Positions 50,545-62,734 of a DNA stretch of 62,734 nt are shown here, piece by piece; position 1 is the stretch's first letter; every line of letters starts with the position of its first letter. The DNA lies in contig NC_057755.1 in the NCBI RefSeq assembly GCF_004010195.1, forward strand, positions 9,950,891 to 10,013,624. The letters are read 5' to 3'. Source of the stretch: Chiloscyllium plagiosum. Taxonomy: Eukaryota. Position numbers and translations under genes: made by a program. The notes under the pieces were generated by a model that was not told the DNA's origin, did no database searches, and saw only the letters and a list, made by a program, of their open reading frames with translations.

Positions 50545-53500
50545 NNNNNNNNNNNNNNNNNNNNNNNNNNNNNNNNNNNNNNNNNNNNNNNNNNNNNNNN
50601 NNNNNNNNNNNNNNNNNNCAAAGAATCTTCTTACAGTGCCTCTGATTTTTCTCTCTTTTTTTATTATGTTCCCTTCTACTTTCTTTTTCTCACTTCTCCA
50701 GCCCCTCCCCCACTCTGATAATGCAAGAACCCCACCAACTTTGTGCCACCTAAATTGTGCACTGGTACACTCCCCCACTGTTTTTTATGCAATTTGAACA
50801 TTACACCCCTCCATCCCAAAAATTTACATTACCCCAGATTTTGCATCTCCCCAACTATTTATCATTCCTTTAAACATCATTCTAATCTATTTTTAAGATT
50901 GATTTAAATATTCATTCTCAGCTAATGTGCTTTGAGGTTCTTTCCACAGATATTCCATTGCATCTTCTAAATAAATAAATAATATTTTTCAGGACTATTG
51001 TTGTCAGACTGGTCCCACAATGTATTAACTTTATTGTGGAAATGGAAATGAAAGACAAATTTAAACTGCTGATGTATTTTATCTTATAACTAGTGATGGG
51101 ATGAAATCTACACCATTAACGCCTGCCTGTCCAATTAATAACGTTGTTCCAAACTTGTCTGTTTTATTGTCTCCCCAGTAACTTATCCGGGCGACTGGAA
51201 TGTTGCGTTTTGATATGTTCACTCAGTATGCTTTCATGATATTCTTCTGGACTGATTCATTCATTTTCAATCATTTCATCCGTGCAAATGGAAGTGGCAA
51301 TTAAGTCTGTGTGATTCTCATACAATTAACGATCTCTTGCAAACTCATTTCCTGTCGGGGTGTGAATTTGCGTTTCTTCACTTGCTTTCATAAATCACCT
51401 TTGTGCTGAAGAGGTATCCCTGCATTATTAAGCAATAATCCATTATATGCATGCGGCATTCAATTCAATCAGCCAGTTGATCCTAAAGACTTTGACTTTG
51501 ACAAAAGAAAGTTAATGTTTTTCGTCTGCACTCATCAGAACAATTCACCGAACAATGGGAAAATAACGTCTACTTTCTGAAAGGACAGTGCTAATTGCTG
51601 TCAAGAAGTCAATGATACATAGAAGCATTTTCCGTGACAACGATTATTCTCATAATTGTCTCCTTGTCGACTAATCAGCGATCTCCCCAATACCATTGAA
51701 TTGTTTCTTTTACTGCATATTGATATTTCTTGCCATTTATTCTAATGTGCACGAAATGAAAATCTTGGAGAAAATATTTTACTTTTCCATAACGCACAAT
51801 TACGAGAAATAATTATGAAGAAATAAGTATTAAACAATAAAACCCAATAAAGGGAATTTAACCTTCTCATTCGCAGTCTAAAAATTAACTCAACTCTGTA
51901 ATATGGAGAACCCCATAACCACAGCTCGATAACATCGAGGAGGCATAAGCTACAGTTCTATAATATTGGGGATGTGCCAACCATTGCTTAATAATAACAA
52001 GGGTCTGTGAAATAAATGCATAGAGACCGTTATCCTCTCAATAAGTCACGCCTTATTTACATGTGCATAGGAAATGGGTTCTGACCAGTCAGCTCCCATC
52101 CTGTCCTGAGGATGAGGTGACTCGTTGAAACTCCTGTTTACATCTGTCAGCCAGGGCTCCCTGTTTTGTCAAGGGTAACAACCCAGGTTACAACTGTCTT
52201 ATAATGAATGTGATCCACATGGTCCTCATTTCAGTCATTATATTCCTCACACTCGAGGTTTAGTGATGTAGTCCTTTTCCCCCCCTGTAGTTTCTCCTGG
52301 GATGTTGTAGAGGAGTTTTGTTTCAGGCATTTGTGTTCACATTGTTGGTTCATCCTCCCTCCTCCAAACCCCATCCAAGACCAGGAAGATAAGATTTAAC
52401 CTGGTGGAAAATCTTCTCCCCATTAGACACTATGCTAGAGTTATCCTTGTAGTGAGGGATAGTCCTCGAATCGAAGAGAAACCAGACAAGTTAGTGACGA
52501 TTGAAGCTGTCTGCTGTTTTTTTAAACCTGCCTTCAATGCTTGAATTGCTCTTTCTGCAAGACCATTGGACGACAGATGGTATGGGCCTGTCAGAACATG
52601 TCAAATGCAATTCGACTTCAGGAAATTCTTAAAACACCGCATGATAAATGATGCCTCATTATCTTTCACCAATATTTTGAGACTCTGTGTTTTGTGAATG
52701 ATGCTCGCATCTTTTCAAACGGCATCCCTCAGTTTGGCAAATTAACTATATTCACATCCATCCACTTTCAATGGGAGTCCACAATAACCAGGAAAATGAA
52801 ACTCATGAAAGGACCAACATAGTCGATTGTAACTGGGTCCAGGGTGTACCTCGCCATTCCCACAAATGTGAGGGCACTACTTGTGGTAATTTGTGCCCTT
52901 GTTGGTACTCTGGGCACTGCCCCATTAACGCAGTAATGTTGGCAATCACTCCTAACCACCAGACATAACCTTTTGCCGACATCTTCATTTTGGAAACCCT
53001 TTGGATGACCCTTGTGAATTTCAACCTGTATCTAGTACCGAAAATTAATCGGAGCAAACACTCTTGCTCCCCATAATAAAATGCCGACCTCTACAGTGAC
53101 CTGATTTCACCGCATCCAGAAATGTTTCAATCATGGTTATGATGGCACTTCCGCTTCCCCCATCATCACCAACCGAATAAATCTTGTGAAGACACCGTAT
53201 TTTTGTGGTCAGAGTCGTATGTTTTCAGCAGCGACTAGAATGGTGATTAATAAGTTTTAAACCAGAAGTCTTCCAGGAGAGTGTCCAGAGGTGGTGTTTC
53301 TGCCAGTGAGAGGCGGCTCAAGGAATCCATACTCATCACCTCTCCTCCCAAGTTGTGATCTAACTTGCAATTTTACGCACTGAGAATAAGGTCCACCACT
53401 GAATTTGACCAGATGCTATGGAAAGATGGCTTCTTTTTTTTAAGTTGCATTACCAGGGGTTTGTAACCTACTTTTATTGCAAATTCATGTTCATGACGGT

Positions 53501-54679
53501 ATTGCTGGTAAAGATGATCGCCAAACGTTCCTCCTCTACCTTTTTGTTTGGCATCAGCCAAAGACCTGTAAGCATGAGCTACAAGGTGCTCATCTCTATT
53601 CGGTCACTGGTGAGCCAACAACACACTGACACCTTATGGGGAGACATTGCATGTCAGCGCCAACTCTCGCTTGGGATTTCAATGGGCTAATACCTAAAAT
53701 GAAGGAATATTTTTTTTCGTTTTTTTTTCAATTCTGTAACGGCTGCTTCTTGGCTACGTGACCATTTCCAAGGCTCACCCTCTTCCATTGGTAGGTTCAA
53801 AGGTGCCAATAGGGAGGTCAGGTTACCTATTAAGTTCGTATAATAAATCAACAACCCTATGAAGACATAAGCTCTGGTAGAGACGCGAGAGTCAGGCACA
53901 TTTGATCACACTCACATAACCTTCTAATAGATCACTTGCGGCAGGTGGAACACCCATGTTTCCTTCCTAAGGCACATGTACACCTTGCAGAAACGTTTGA
54001 TCACAATATCCAACTTATCTAAATGCTCCTTACTTGTCTACCTGGTTGGTCATATGTTATTCAGGTAAATGTCAACCTGGGGTAACCCTTGGAAAATGCT
54101 CTCCATTGTCTGCTGGAAATGGACAAAGAATGATATTACTCAAATGGCAGTTTTGCATATTGATACAAACCCTTACGAATATTAATTGTCGCATTCGTCT
54201 GACACCCCTCATCTAGTCGCGATTGCAGATATGCATGGCTCATTTCCAGCTTCACGAAGACCACCCCTTAATCTGTGATAGCTCACCAGTGTAGTTTCTT
54301 CGTCTGGTCAGGGTTTGGTGCAAACTTAAGAGTTGGATTTCAAAGGGAATCTTGTTAAAGACTATCTCACCAATCAGTGATACACTTTTAGAAATCAACA
54401 TGAGAGGTGTGTAATCTTTTAAGCAGACATTTAATTTCATTGTTCCTGATTTGGATGTTACTTAACAATCTAGTCATTTCTAAGCACATGTAGGCGGACT
54501 TTCCAGGGTGTGTTGTCTCGTGGATTCTGGCCTAGGAGTTCTCCTATTCAAGTCAGGAGTCATAGGATTCCCTGCTGTCTCGAGTCCGGATGCCAGCAGC
54601 AACTGGCCCGAATCTAGAAAAAAAAACATTTTAATCATTTGTTTTGGGTTTTGCAATGGGTTGACCGAGGCTCACTCTC

Positions 54680-57600
54680 ATCAGCATATACCAAAACCTT
54701 CTTAACGCTTTCTATTCCCATAAGCATCCAGATGTCTTTGCAATGTTGTAATTGTACCAGCCACCACATCCCTCCTATCCCAACGCCACTTTTCCTGGCA
54801 GCTGATTCCATACACGCACCAATTTGTGTGTAAAAAACATTAATACTAACGATCCCTTTTCAATATTCCCCATCTCACGTTAAACTTATTTCCTTGAGCC
54901 ATGGACACCCTCACACAAAGGGGGAAAAACTTGTATATTTAACGTATCCATTCCCATCATGGCTTTATAAATCTCTGTTACGTCATCCCCTCAGACCCCA
55001 TACACTCCGAGGAAGACAGCTTCAGTCTATTCAGTCTGTCGTCATTGCTGAAAACCTCCAACAGTGGCAACATCCTTCTAAATCTTTTCTGAACCCTTTC
55101 AAGCTTAACAAGAAGGTTCTTCTAGCAGAGAGACCATGATTGAATGTAATATTCCAGAAGTGGCCTAAATATTGTGCTGCAACATGGCTCCACAACTCCT
55201 ATATTAAATGCAATGACTAATAACCTTCTTCAATATCCTATCTATCTGCGACTCCACTTTGAAGGAACTATGAACGTGCACTCCAAGGTCTCTTTGTTCA
55301 GAAACACACCCCAGAACCCGAGCATTAAGTGCACAAGCCCTGCCCTGATTTGCCTTCCTAAAACGAAGCACCTCTCCTTTATTTTAATACAACTTCATCT
55401 GCCATACCTTGGCCCACTAGACCATCTAATAAAGGTCCCTTTGTAATCTGAGCTAACTTTCTTTGCTGTCCATGAGACCTGCAATTTTGGTGTCATCTGC
55501 AAACATACTAACGACGTCTCCTATTTTCACATCAAATCATTTATATATGTGATGAAAAGCAGTAGATCCAGTACCAATACCTGTGGCACACCACTGGTCA
55601 CAGACTTGCAATCTGAAAAGCAACCCTCCACCACTCCCTTATGTCTTCTACCTTCCAGCCAATTCTATGTCAATATTACTAGTTCTTCCTGTATTTCATA
55701 TGATCTAACCTTGCCAAACAGTCTACCATGAGGAACCTTGTCGAATGCCTTACTGAAGTTCAGAGAATTCACTTGCACCTCTCTGCTTTCATAATCATCT
55801 TCGTTACTTCTTCAAAAAACTCAGTCAAATTAGTATGACATGACATTCCACGCACAAAAGCATGTTGACTATCCCTAATCTGTCCATGCTTTTCCAAACA
55901 CATGTAAGTCCTGTCAATCAGTATTCAGTCCAACAATTTGCCCACCAGCAATGTCAGGATCACTGGTCTTTAGATCCCTGGCTTTTCCTCACCATCTCTC
56001 TTAAATAGTGGCATCCACCTGTCTTCCTGCACCTTACTTATGGTTATCATGATACAAATTACTCAGCAAGGGAATCGGCAATCACTTCACTAGCTCCCCT
56101 CAGAGTTCTAGAATATGCCTGATCTGTTGCCAGGAATTTATCCATGTTTACTGTTTTAAGACGTCCCGCACCTCATCCTCTGTAATACGGACTTGTTTTA
56201 AAAAAAAGATGCCGCTATATATTTCCCCATATTCTTATCTTCCATATTCTTTTCCATGTAAAGACTGGTATAATACACTCATTTAATAGCTCCTCCATCT
56301 TCTGCTATTCCATGTCGTGGCAGCCCTGTTTATCTTGAAAAGGCCGTATACTCTCCATAGTTACTCTTTTATCCTTAATGTATTTGTAGAATCTCGTATC
56401 CCTACTTACAAAAGCTATCTTATATCACCTTTTGCACTCCAGCTTTTCCTCTTAATTATAGTTCTACTGAATTGTTACTTTTCTCGGGATTCAATCGATC
56501 TCTGCTGTCCATATCTGACATATGCTTCCTTCTTTTTGTTTACAAAAGTATCAATTCCATTAATTATCCAGCATTTCCTCGACCTAGAGCCTTCACTTTC
56601 ATCCTAACATGAATGCACTGTCTCTGTAAACTATTTATCTTATTTTTAAAGTTTCCCTTTCCTTTAGCTGCGAACATCTGCCATCACTCAATGTTTGAAC
56701 GTTCTTGCCTAATATCGTCAAAACTGGCCTTCTTCCAAATTAAAAATTTACATTTCGATCATTTGTAATTTTTTTCCATCACCATTTAAAAACTAGTAAA
56801 ATTATGTTCGCTGGCCTTGGCCCTTATTCCTCAAGTGTAAGTCATGTTTTGCACCTTTTCTAGTAGGCAAATCCACATACTGATTCAGAAAACTTTCATG
56901 TACGCACTGAGCAAAAGCCTCTTCATCTAAACCCCTAACACTACAGCACCGCGAGTCTACATTTGGAAAGATTAGATTAGATTACATTACAGCGTGGAAA
57001 CAGGCCCTTCGGCCCAACAAATCCACACCGACCCGGCACGCACCCATGTCCCTACATTTACCCCTTACCTATCACTACAGGCAATTTAGCATGGCCAATT
57101 CACCTGACCTGCACATCTTTGGACTGTGGGAGGAAACCGGAGCACCCGGAGGAAACCCACGCAGACACGGGGAGAACGTGCAAACTCCACACAGTCAGTC
57201 GCCTGAGGCGGGAATTGAACCCGGATCTCAGGCGCTGTGAGGCAGCAGTGCTAACCACTGTGCCACCGTGCCACCCAGATAAAATCCCCTAGCAAAACCA
57301 CCCGACGATTCTTACAAATAACTGATATTGCATTACAAATTTTGGTTCTCAATTTCCCACTGACTGTTGGAGGTTCTATGGTCCAATCCCAATAATTTGA
57401 TTATTCATTTATTATTGCTCAGTTCTACCTAAGTAATTTCCTGAACATATTCCCAGGAATATCCTCCCTTAATACATCAATAACAATATCGAAAAGACCA
57501 CTCCCTGCTCGACTCTTTGCCCCTTTTCTATCCTTCATATAGCATCTATATCCAAGAACATAAAGCTGCCAGTCGTTTCCATTAATAGTCCACGACTCTG

Positions 57601-58900
57601 TAATTGCTATGATATCCCAGTTCCATGTTCTCAACTACGCCGTTCATCTGCCTTACGTGTCAGACCTACTGCATTGAAATAAATGCAATGTAATTTATCA
57701 GTCTGACCTCGTTCTCTGCTTTGTTCCTCCCAGCTTTTTACGATATGACTTGCTAATTTTCCCAACTATATCAATTTCAGACTGCTCGCCTTCCACACGA
57801 TCTCCCTGGTCTCCACCCCACCAGACCACCGCCCAACTTACTAGTTTAAATCCGCTCGACCAGCTACAACAAATCTCCCCGCCATTATATTAATGCCCTT
57901 TCATTTCAGATGCAATCTTTCCTTCTTAGACAGTTCACTTCTGCCACAGATGAGAATCTAATGGTCCAAAACTGTGAACCCTTCTCCCATGTACCAGATC
58001 CTCAGCCACTGATTCATCTGAGCTATCCTACTATCCTACTGTCACTAGCACATAGCATCCAGAGTAATTCAGAAGTTATCCCCCACAAAGTACAATTTTT
58101 TAAATTTTCTGCCTAGCTTCCTAAATTCTCTTCTCAGAATATCATTGTTTCCCCCCTTGCTATGTAGTTGTGTCCAATGCATAAAACAAACTCCTACTGT
58201 TCCAGCTCCCCTTCGAGAAAATTCTGTACCACCCTCTGAAATATTCTTGACCCTGTCACCTGAGAGGCACCGCACCATTTTGACGTCACATTGTCGACCG
58301 CAGTAACATCTGTATGCGCTTTTGACTCGAGGATCCCCTATCACAGTCGATCGCTTGGAACCTCATGTAGTCCTCGGTGTATTAGAGACAATCTCATTAT
58401 CAGCAAACCTGGTTGACAGTGCTACATCCTCTCATGAGTCCGTCAGATTCCAAAACCGCATACTTGTTTGCGATGGAAATAGTTACAGGAGTCTTCTGTA
58501 CTACTTGCTTTCTTCTCCTAACCTTCCTGGCGGTAACCCAAATATCCAACTGTGCATTTGGTTCATCTCCCTTCATGCCTCTGCCATCAATCGCACCCCC
58601 AACTCCTTTAAATTCCTAATTCCTTCTAACTGCCGCTCCAACCGATTCCTGTAAGCTGATAGGATTCTCAAACAAACACAATTCCTGTAAAGGTAATCGT
58701 CAGTGACAGAAGAACTCTGTAATCTCCCAACTGCAAGAGTGATAGCACACCAATGCACTGAATAATAACCTCAGAACCTCCATACCCAGAAAATAGCACA
58801 GTCAGTCTGCTCTGGAAACTCTGCTCCAGGCTGGCTTCGAACTAGTGCTTGTTATATTTGTAAAGTTTAATCAAGGGACAGATCTCATGCAAAAAAAACG
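54680..58900 (-). mobile_element. Near full-length decayed CR1 LINE nested in Gypsy copy 3
   Basis: Minus-strand ORF1 remnants (RNCVCLRIL...RLERQLE; IGDPRV) and ORF2 remnants (WDIIAITESW; FADDTK at ~55505-55488). Confidence 0.88.
56972..57276 (-). mobile_element. tRNA-derived V-SINE (HE1-like), well preserved, nested in a CR1
   Basis: A box TGGCACAGTGG, B box GGTTCAATTCC, V-domain GTGTGGAGTTTGCACGTTCTCCCCGTGTCTGCGTGGGTTTCCTCCGGG and a (TCTAA)n tail. Confidence 0.92.
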
Positions 58901-59929
58901 CCCCTTTAAAAGTAGCCAGTTACTGTTGCTCTGTTGTGATCTCTTCCACCCAATTTTCTACAATGTCAGCTATGAATCTCGCTGTTTATTTATTTGTCTT
59001 AAAACGATCTCCCATGTCCAGAAGTACCTGAAACCAGGTAGGAAACGCAGTTGCTGTGCGCTGTACTGCTGGGTCAGACATCTGTTTGAATAACTTCCCA
59101 TCTGGTCACTACCTTTGTCTCCCTCCCTCCTTTTTAAAATACCATTGTTTTGATCATCTTTGACCGTGGGAGGAAAGCAGAGCACCCATGAGAAACACTT
59201 TGTTATCTCTATCTGAACACCAGTTGGGCTTTAGCTCACAGGTGCCTTTGCATGGTTATTTCTTCGTCTCAAAAACGCTGCTACATTCAGGATTAACTCA
59301 AAATCACGTGTTTCTGCAACTCTTCTTAACCTCGTCAAAAATCGAAATACAGATTCTCCTGGTTCTCAAACAGCTGAATAAAACTGATAGCATCTCAGAA
59401 TTCGAGGAGGCTTGGAGTGGTAAGAATTAACTAAAACATTTAACTATTAAAAGGTGTGTCTAGGAATGTCAGGTCTTTAACAACTGAAAACGTTACGATC
59501 GACAAACAGTCGGAACGAATATTGGTTGCGCTTCATCTGCCCCAATGTTATTTACTCAGAAAGAAATAACACATTCGTTCCACAGTCTTCAACGGCAGGA
59601 TTGAGCGAGTCAAGCTTCCGAAAGAAAGGCATGATGCCAGAAACCTAATTCAAAGAGGACTGTTGAGAGCAAACTGTCTTCCAGATGGTACTTTTCTCAC
59701 TTGTCACCACTGATTAACTGCACAGAGGTCGGTTTCCTATCACCAAGTCATCCTTTATTTGCATGTGCGCAGTACCTGGGATCCGACCAACCACATCACG
59801 GCCAATCCCCAGGAAGAGAAATTTATCTGAATCTCCATTTCTTTCAATCAGCCAGAGCTCCCTAATTTGTCCAGATTAAAAACCACAGTCAAGGATCACA
59901 CAGTCAATCTATTGCACCGGGCCCTCGCT

Positions 59930-60115
59930 GAACCACTACTCTGTAATATTGAGCACTCCTCAATCACTGCTGTATAATATGCAAGGCGAATAAAACAACT
60001 CTTAGTAATATGAAGTACCCAACAACTACTAATCTGTAATATGGAGGATGCATCAAAAACTGGTCTGCAATATGAGGTCACATCAATCACTGGTCTGCAA
60101 TATGGAGGTGACATT
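59930..60115. repeat. Degenerate ~30-bp minisatellite (actggtctgcaatatggaggtcacatcaatc), also at ~14900-14992 and ~51885-52000
   Basis: A tctg(t/c)aatat(g)gagg-like core recurs at about 30-31 bp spacing at all three sites. Confidence 0.75.
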
Positions 60116-60943
60116 AAAAGGTTAGCATATACAGACAGAGATTAATGCAAGCTTAGACATAGAATCAGGTGTGACACGTCAAATCTTGGACAGCGTAGTA
60201 CTCCAGAGATTATTCGGAAAATTCCACATGGTCAAGTTTTCCTTTTGACATCTTAATCTCCCTCACTCCCATCGTTTCAACCACTTCCCCAAGGGTCGCA
60301 GGACGACTGTTTCGTTTTGTGGGACTAAAGGATCAGAATTTAGATTGAGATACAAACACTAGCCACATTCTCTCTGACATATACAGAGACAGAAATACAC
60401 AGATATTTTGAATGTGTCCAAAAAAATCTAGTTTCCACAAATTATTCTTAATGAACAATTCATTCTTCTAAATAACATGACCTTCCTCATTTGAGCACTT
60501 GCACGGTTTGGTGACTCAGTCGAAATGCAAGAGTGCATAACGTTTCTTAAATACGGCAAGAAATGCGTTCAATTTCCATAGAAACTACAGAGAACGTTTA
60601 CCAGCCCAACGTTGTGCAATCGGTCTATCTGTGACAAATTCATAGCCATTTCTTCCTCACAATTACACTTATGCTTGTAAAGTGAAGAAAATATATTTGT
60701 GGAGCAGTATATTTTCAAAATGCGACTAACTATTATTTTGATGAGGTTAATAAAAATAATTTAGGTCTCACTTATAATGTAAAAGAAATTGGAAGGATCT
60801 ATATAAGTTCATAATTCGCATACCACCTTTCCAAAGTTTAGTTTGAAGAGAAGTTCTGATAATTCTGTTCAGAGATATTACTGCACACCTGTGGTGTCAC
60901 TGTGGTCTCCTGGTTTAACACTTTTAACATCCTACAAGCTCCC

Positions 60944-61083
60944 TCAAATTGTGACACTGTACCGCTGCTTTACTTGTTCAGTACGATTACTGATGAGACT
61001 CAGGGGAAACTTGAACAAATGTTGCCTGAACATTGTCTGCGTTCCTGTATAAATTACCGTGTTGGTGCAGGGGCTCAGTAACT
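60944..61083 (-). CDS. 3' end of a second GPR139-like paralog (partial, runs into the assembly gap; gene or pseudogene undetermined)
   Basis: Manual translation QLLSPCTNTVIYTGTQTMFRQHLFKFPLSLISNRTEQVKQRYSVTI* aligns with gene 1 QLLSSCTNTVIYTAIQRMFRQQLLDLLKSPFSLIVNCTERIKWQK* with a 3-aa gap. The 3' flank 60200-60930 is homologous to 2960-3730. Confidence 0.85.
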
Positions 61084-61573
61084 NNNNNNNNNNNNNNNNN
61101 NNNNNNNNNNNNNNNNNNNNNNNNNNNNNNNNNNNNNNNNNNNNNNNNNNNNNNNNNNNNNNNNNNNNNNNNNNNNNNNNNNNNNNNNNNNNNNNNNNNN
61201 NNNNNNNNNNNNNNNNNNNNNNNNNNNNNNNNNNNNNNNNNNNNNNNNNNNNNNNNNNNNNNNNNNNNNNNNNNNNNNNNNNNNNNNNNNNNNNNNNNNN
61301 NNNNNNNNNNNNNNNNNNNNNNNNNNNNNNNNNNNNNNNNNNNNNNNNNNNNNNNNNNNNNNNNNNNNNNNNNNNNNNNNNNNNNNNNNNNNNNNNNNNN
61401 NNNNNNNNNNNNNNNNNNNNNNNNNNNNNNNNNNNNNNNNNNNNNNNNNNNNNNNNNNNNNNNNNNNNNNNNNNNNNNNNNNNNNNNNNNNNNNNNNNNN
61501 NNNNNNNNNNNNNNNNNNNNNNNNNNNNNNNNNNNNNNNNNNNNNNNNNNNNNNNNNNNNNNNNNNNNNNNNN

Positions 61574-62734
61574 AGTGTGTGTGAGATATAGCGAATCCCA
61601 GAGTGTGTATGAGAGATAGGGAATCCCCGAGTGTGTGAGAGAGATAGGGTATCCCAGGGAGTCCAGGAGTGTGTGTGAGAGAAAGGGAATCCCCGTGTGT
61701 GTGTGAGAGAATCCCAGAGTGTTTGAGAGTGAGGGAATCCCAGAGTGTCCCAGAGTGTTTGTGAGAGAGGGAATCCCAGAATGTGTGAGGGAGAGGGAAT
61801 CCCAGAATATCTGAGAGAGATGGAATCTCAGAGATTCGCAGTGCGTGTGAGAGAATCCCAGAGTTTGTGTGAGAGTGGGAAGCCCAGAGTGCGTGTGTGA
61901 GAGGGAATCCCAGAGAGTGTGTGTGGGAAACCCTTAGGATGTGTGAGACAGGGAATCCTAGACTGTGTGAGAGAGAAGGAATCCCAGTGTGTGAGTGAGG
62001 GAATTCCAGACTGTGTGTGAGAGAGAGGGAATCCCAGAGTCTATGTGAGAGAGAGATTCCCAGAGTGGGAATCCCAGAGTGTCCCCGAGAGTGTGTGGGT
62101 GAGAGATAGTGAATCCCAGAGTGTGTGTGAGAGATAGGGAATCCCAGAGTGTGTGTGAGAAATAGGGTATCCCAGAGAGTCCCGGCGTATGTGATAAAAT
62201 CCCAGAGAGTCCCCGAGTGTGTGTGAGATACAGAATCCCAGACTGTCCCCGAGTGTGTGTGAGAGATTGGGAATCCCAGAGAGTCCCCGAGTGTGTGTGA
62301 GAGATTGGGAATCCCAGAGTCTCCCCGAGTGTGTGTGAGAGATAGGGATCCCAGAGCGTCCCCGAGTGTGTGTGAGAGATAGGGAATCCCAGAGAGTCGC
62401 CGAGAGTGTGTGATAGAATCCCAGAGAGTCGCCGAGTGTGTGTGAGAGATAGGGAATTCCAGAGAGTTCCCGAGTATGTGTAAGAGATTGGGAATCCCAG
62501 ACAGTCCCCGAGTGTGTGTGAGAGATAGGGAATCGCCGAGTGTGTGTGAGAGAGATAGGGAATCCACGAGTGTGTGTGAGAGATAGGGAATCCCAGAGTA
62601 TCCCTGAGATTGTGTGAGAGATAGGGAATCCCAGAGAGTCCCCGAGTGTGTCTGCAAAGAGAGGGAATCCACGAGTTTGTGTGAGAGGAAGGGAATCCCA
62701 GAGTGTGTGTGAGAGAGATAGGGAATCCCCGAGT
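61574..62734. repeat. Satellite/minisatellite with ~28-38-bp units (gagagatagggaatcccagagagtccccgagtgtgtgt)
   Basis: Directly visible tandem units running to the window end. Confidence 0.95.

Larger units (their letters stand above)
52006..59939 (-). mobile_element. Gypsy/Ty3 element copy 3 with both LTRs, interrupted by a CR1 LINE
   Basis: LTRs at ~52006-52242 and ~59709-59939 are similar to 2591-2817, with PBS-like TGGTGACAAG. Integrase (KMKMSAKGYVWW...C..YQ; IDYVGPFM...IVDSH) at 52500-53050, RNase H/RT remnants at 53350-54300, gag remnants at 54450-54670 and 59270-59640. Confidence 0.8.

Noticed and set aside
50620..51880. AT-rich segment as a possible gene or DNA transposon remnant
   Set aside because: No ORF, terminal repeat or recognisable homology found by eye.
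57200..57276. tRNA gene
   Set aside because: The tRNA-like A/B boxes are the head of a V-SINE, followed by the V domain and tail.
60987..62672. 561-aa ORF
   Set aside because: Artefact of translating a satellite plus 490 Ns. Its C-terminal part is the wrong frame of the GPCR paralog.
61574..62734. CRISPR-like array
   Set aside because: Eukaryotic context, no unique spacers and no cas genes. It is a simple satellite.

Overview
Vertebrate genomic DNA, most likely from a cartilaginous fish (shark), judged from HE1/V-SINE-type SINEs, CR1 LINEs with (TTCTATG)n tails, Penelope-like elements and the receptor type. It is a draft assembly with four N gaps. One complete two-exon minus-strand gene (exon 1 9006-8934, exon 2 4734-3815, 330 aa) encodes a class A GPCR of the GPR139/GPR142-like type. 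The 3' end of a second paralog (61083-60944) runs into a gap and is missed by the ORF track, which shows a different frame. The window appears to be a tandem array of three related units, each marked by the same Gypsy LTR element inserted in a ~30-bp minisatellite downstream of the receptor. The middle unit (~15-42.7 kb) keeps the intron and upstream flank but has lost both coding exons at retroelement insertion sites. The rest is nested transposable elements: Gypsy, Gmr1-like LTR elements (IN-RT-RH order), CR1, Rex1, Penelope-like elements with minimal hammerhead ribozyme motifs, a Tigger-like element and SINEs. There is also a perfect 88-bp-arm palindrome and a terminal GGGAATCCC-rich satellite. 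Repeat boundaries were read by eye and are approximate unless stated otherwise.
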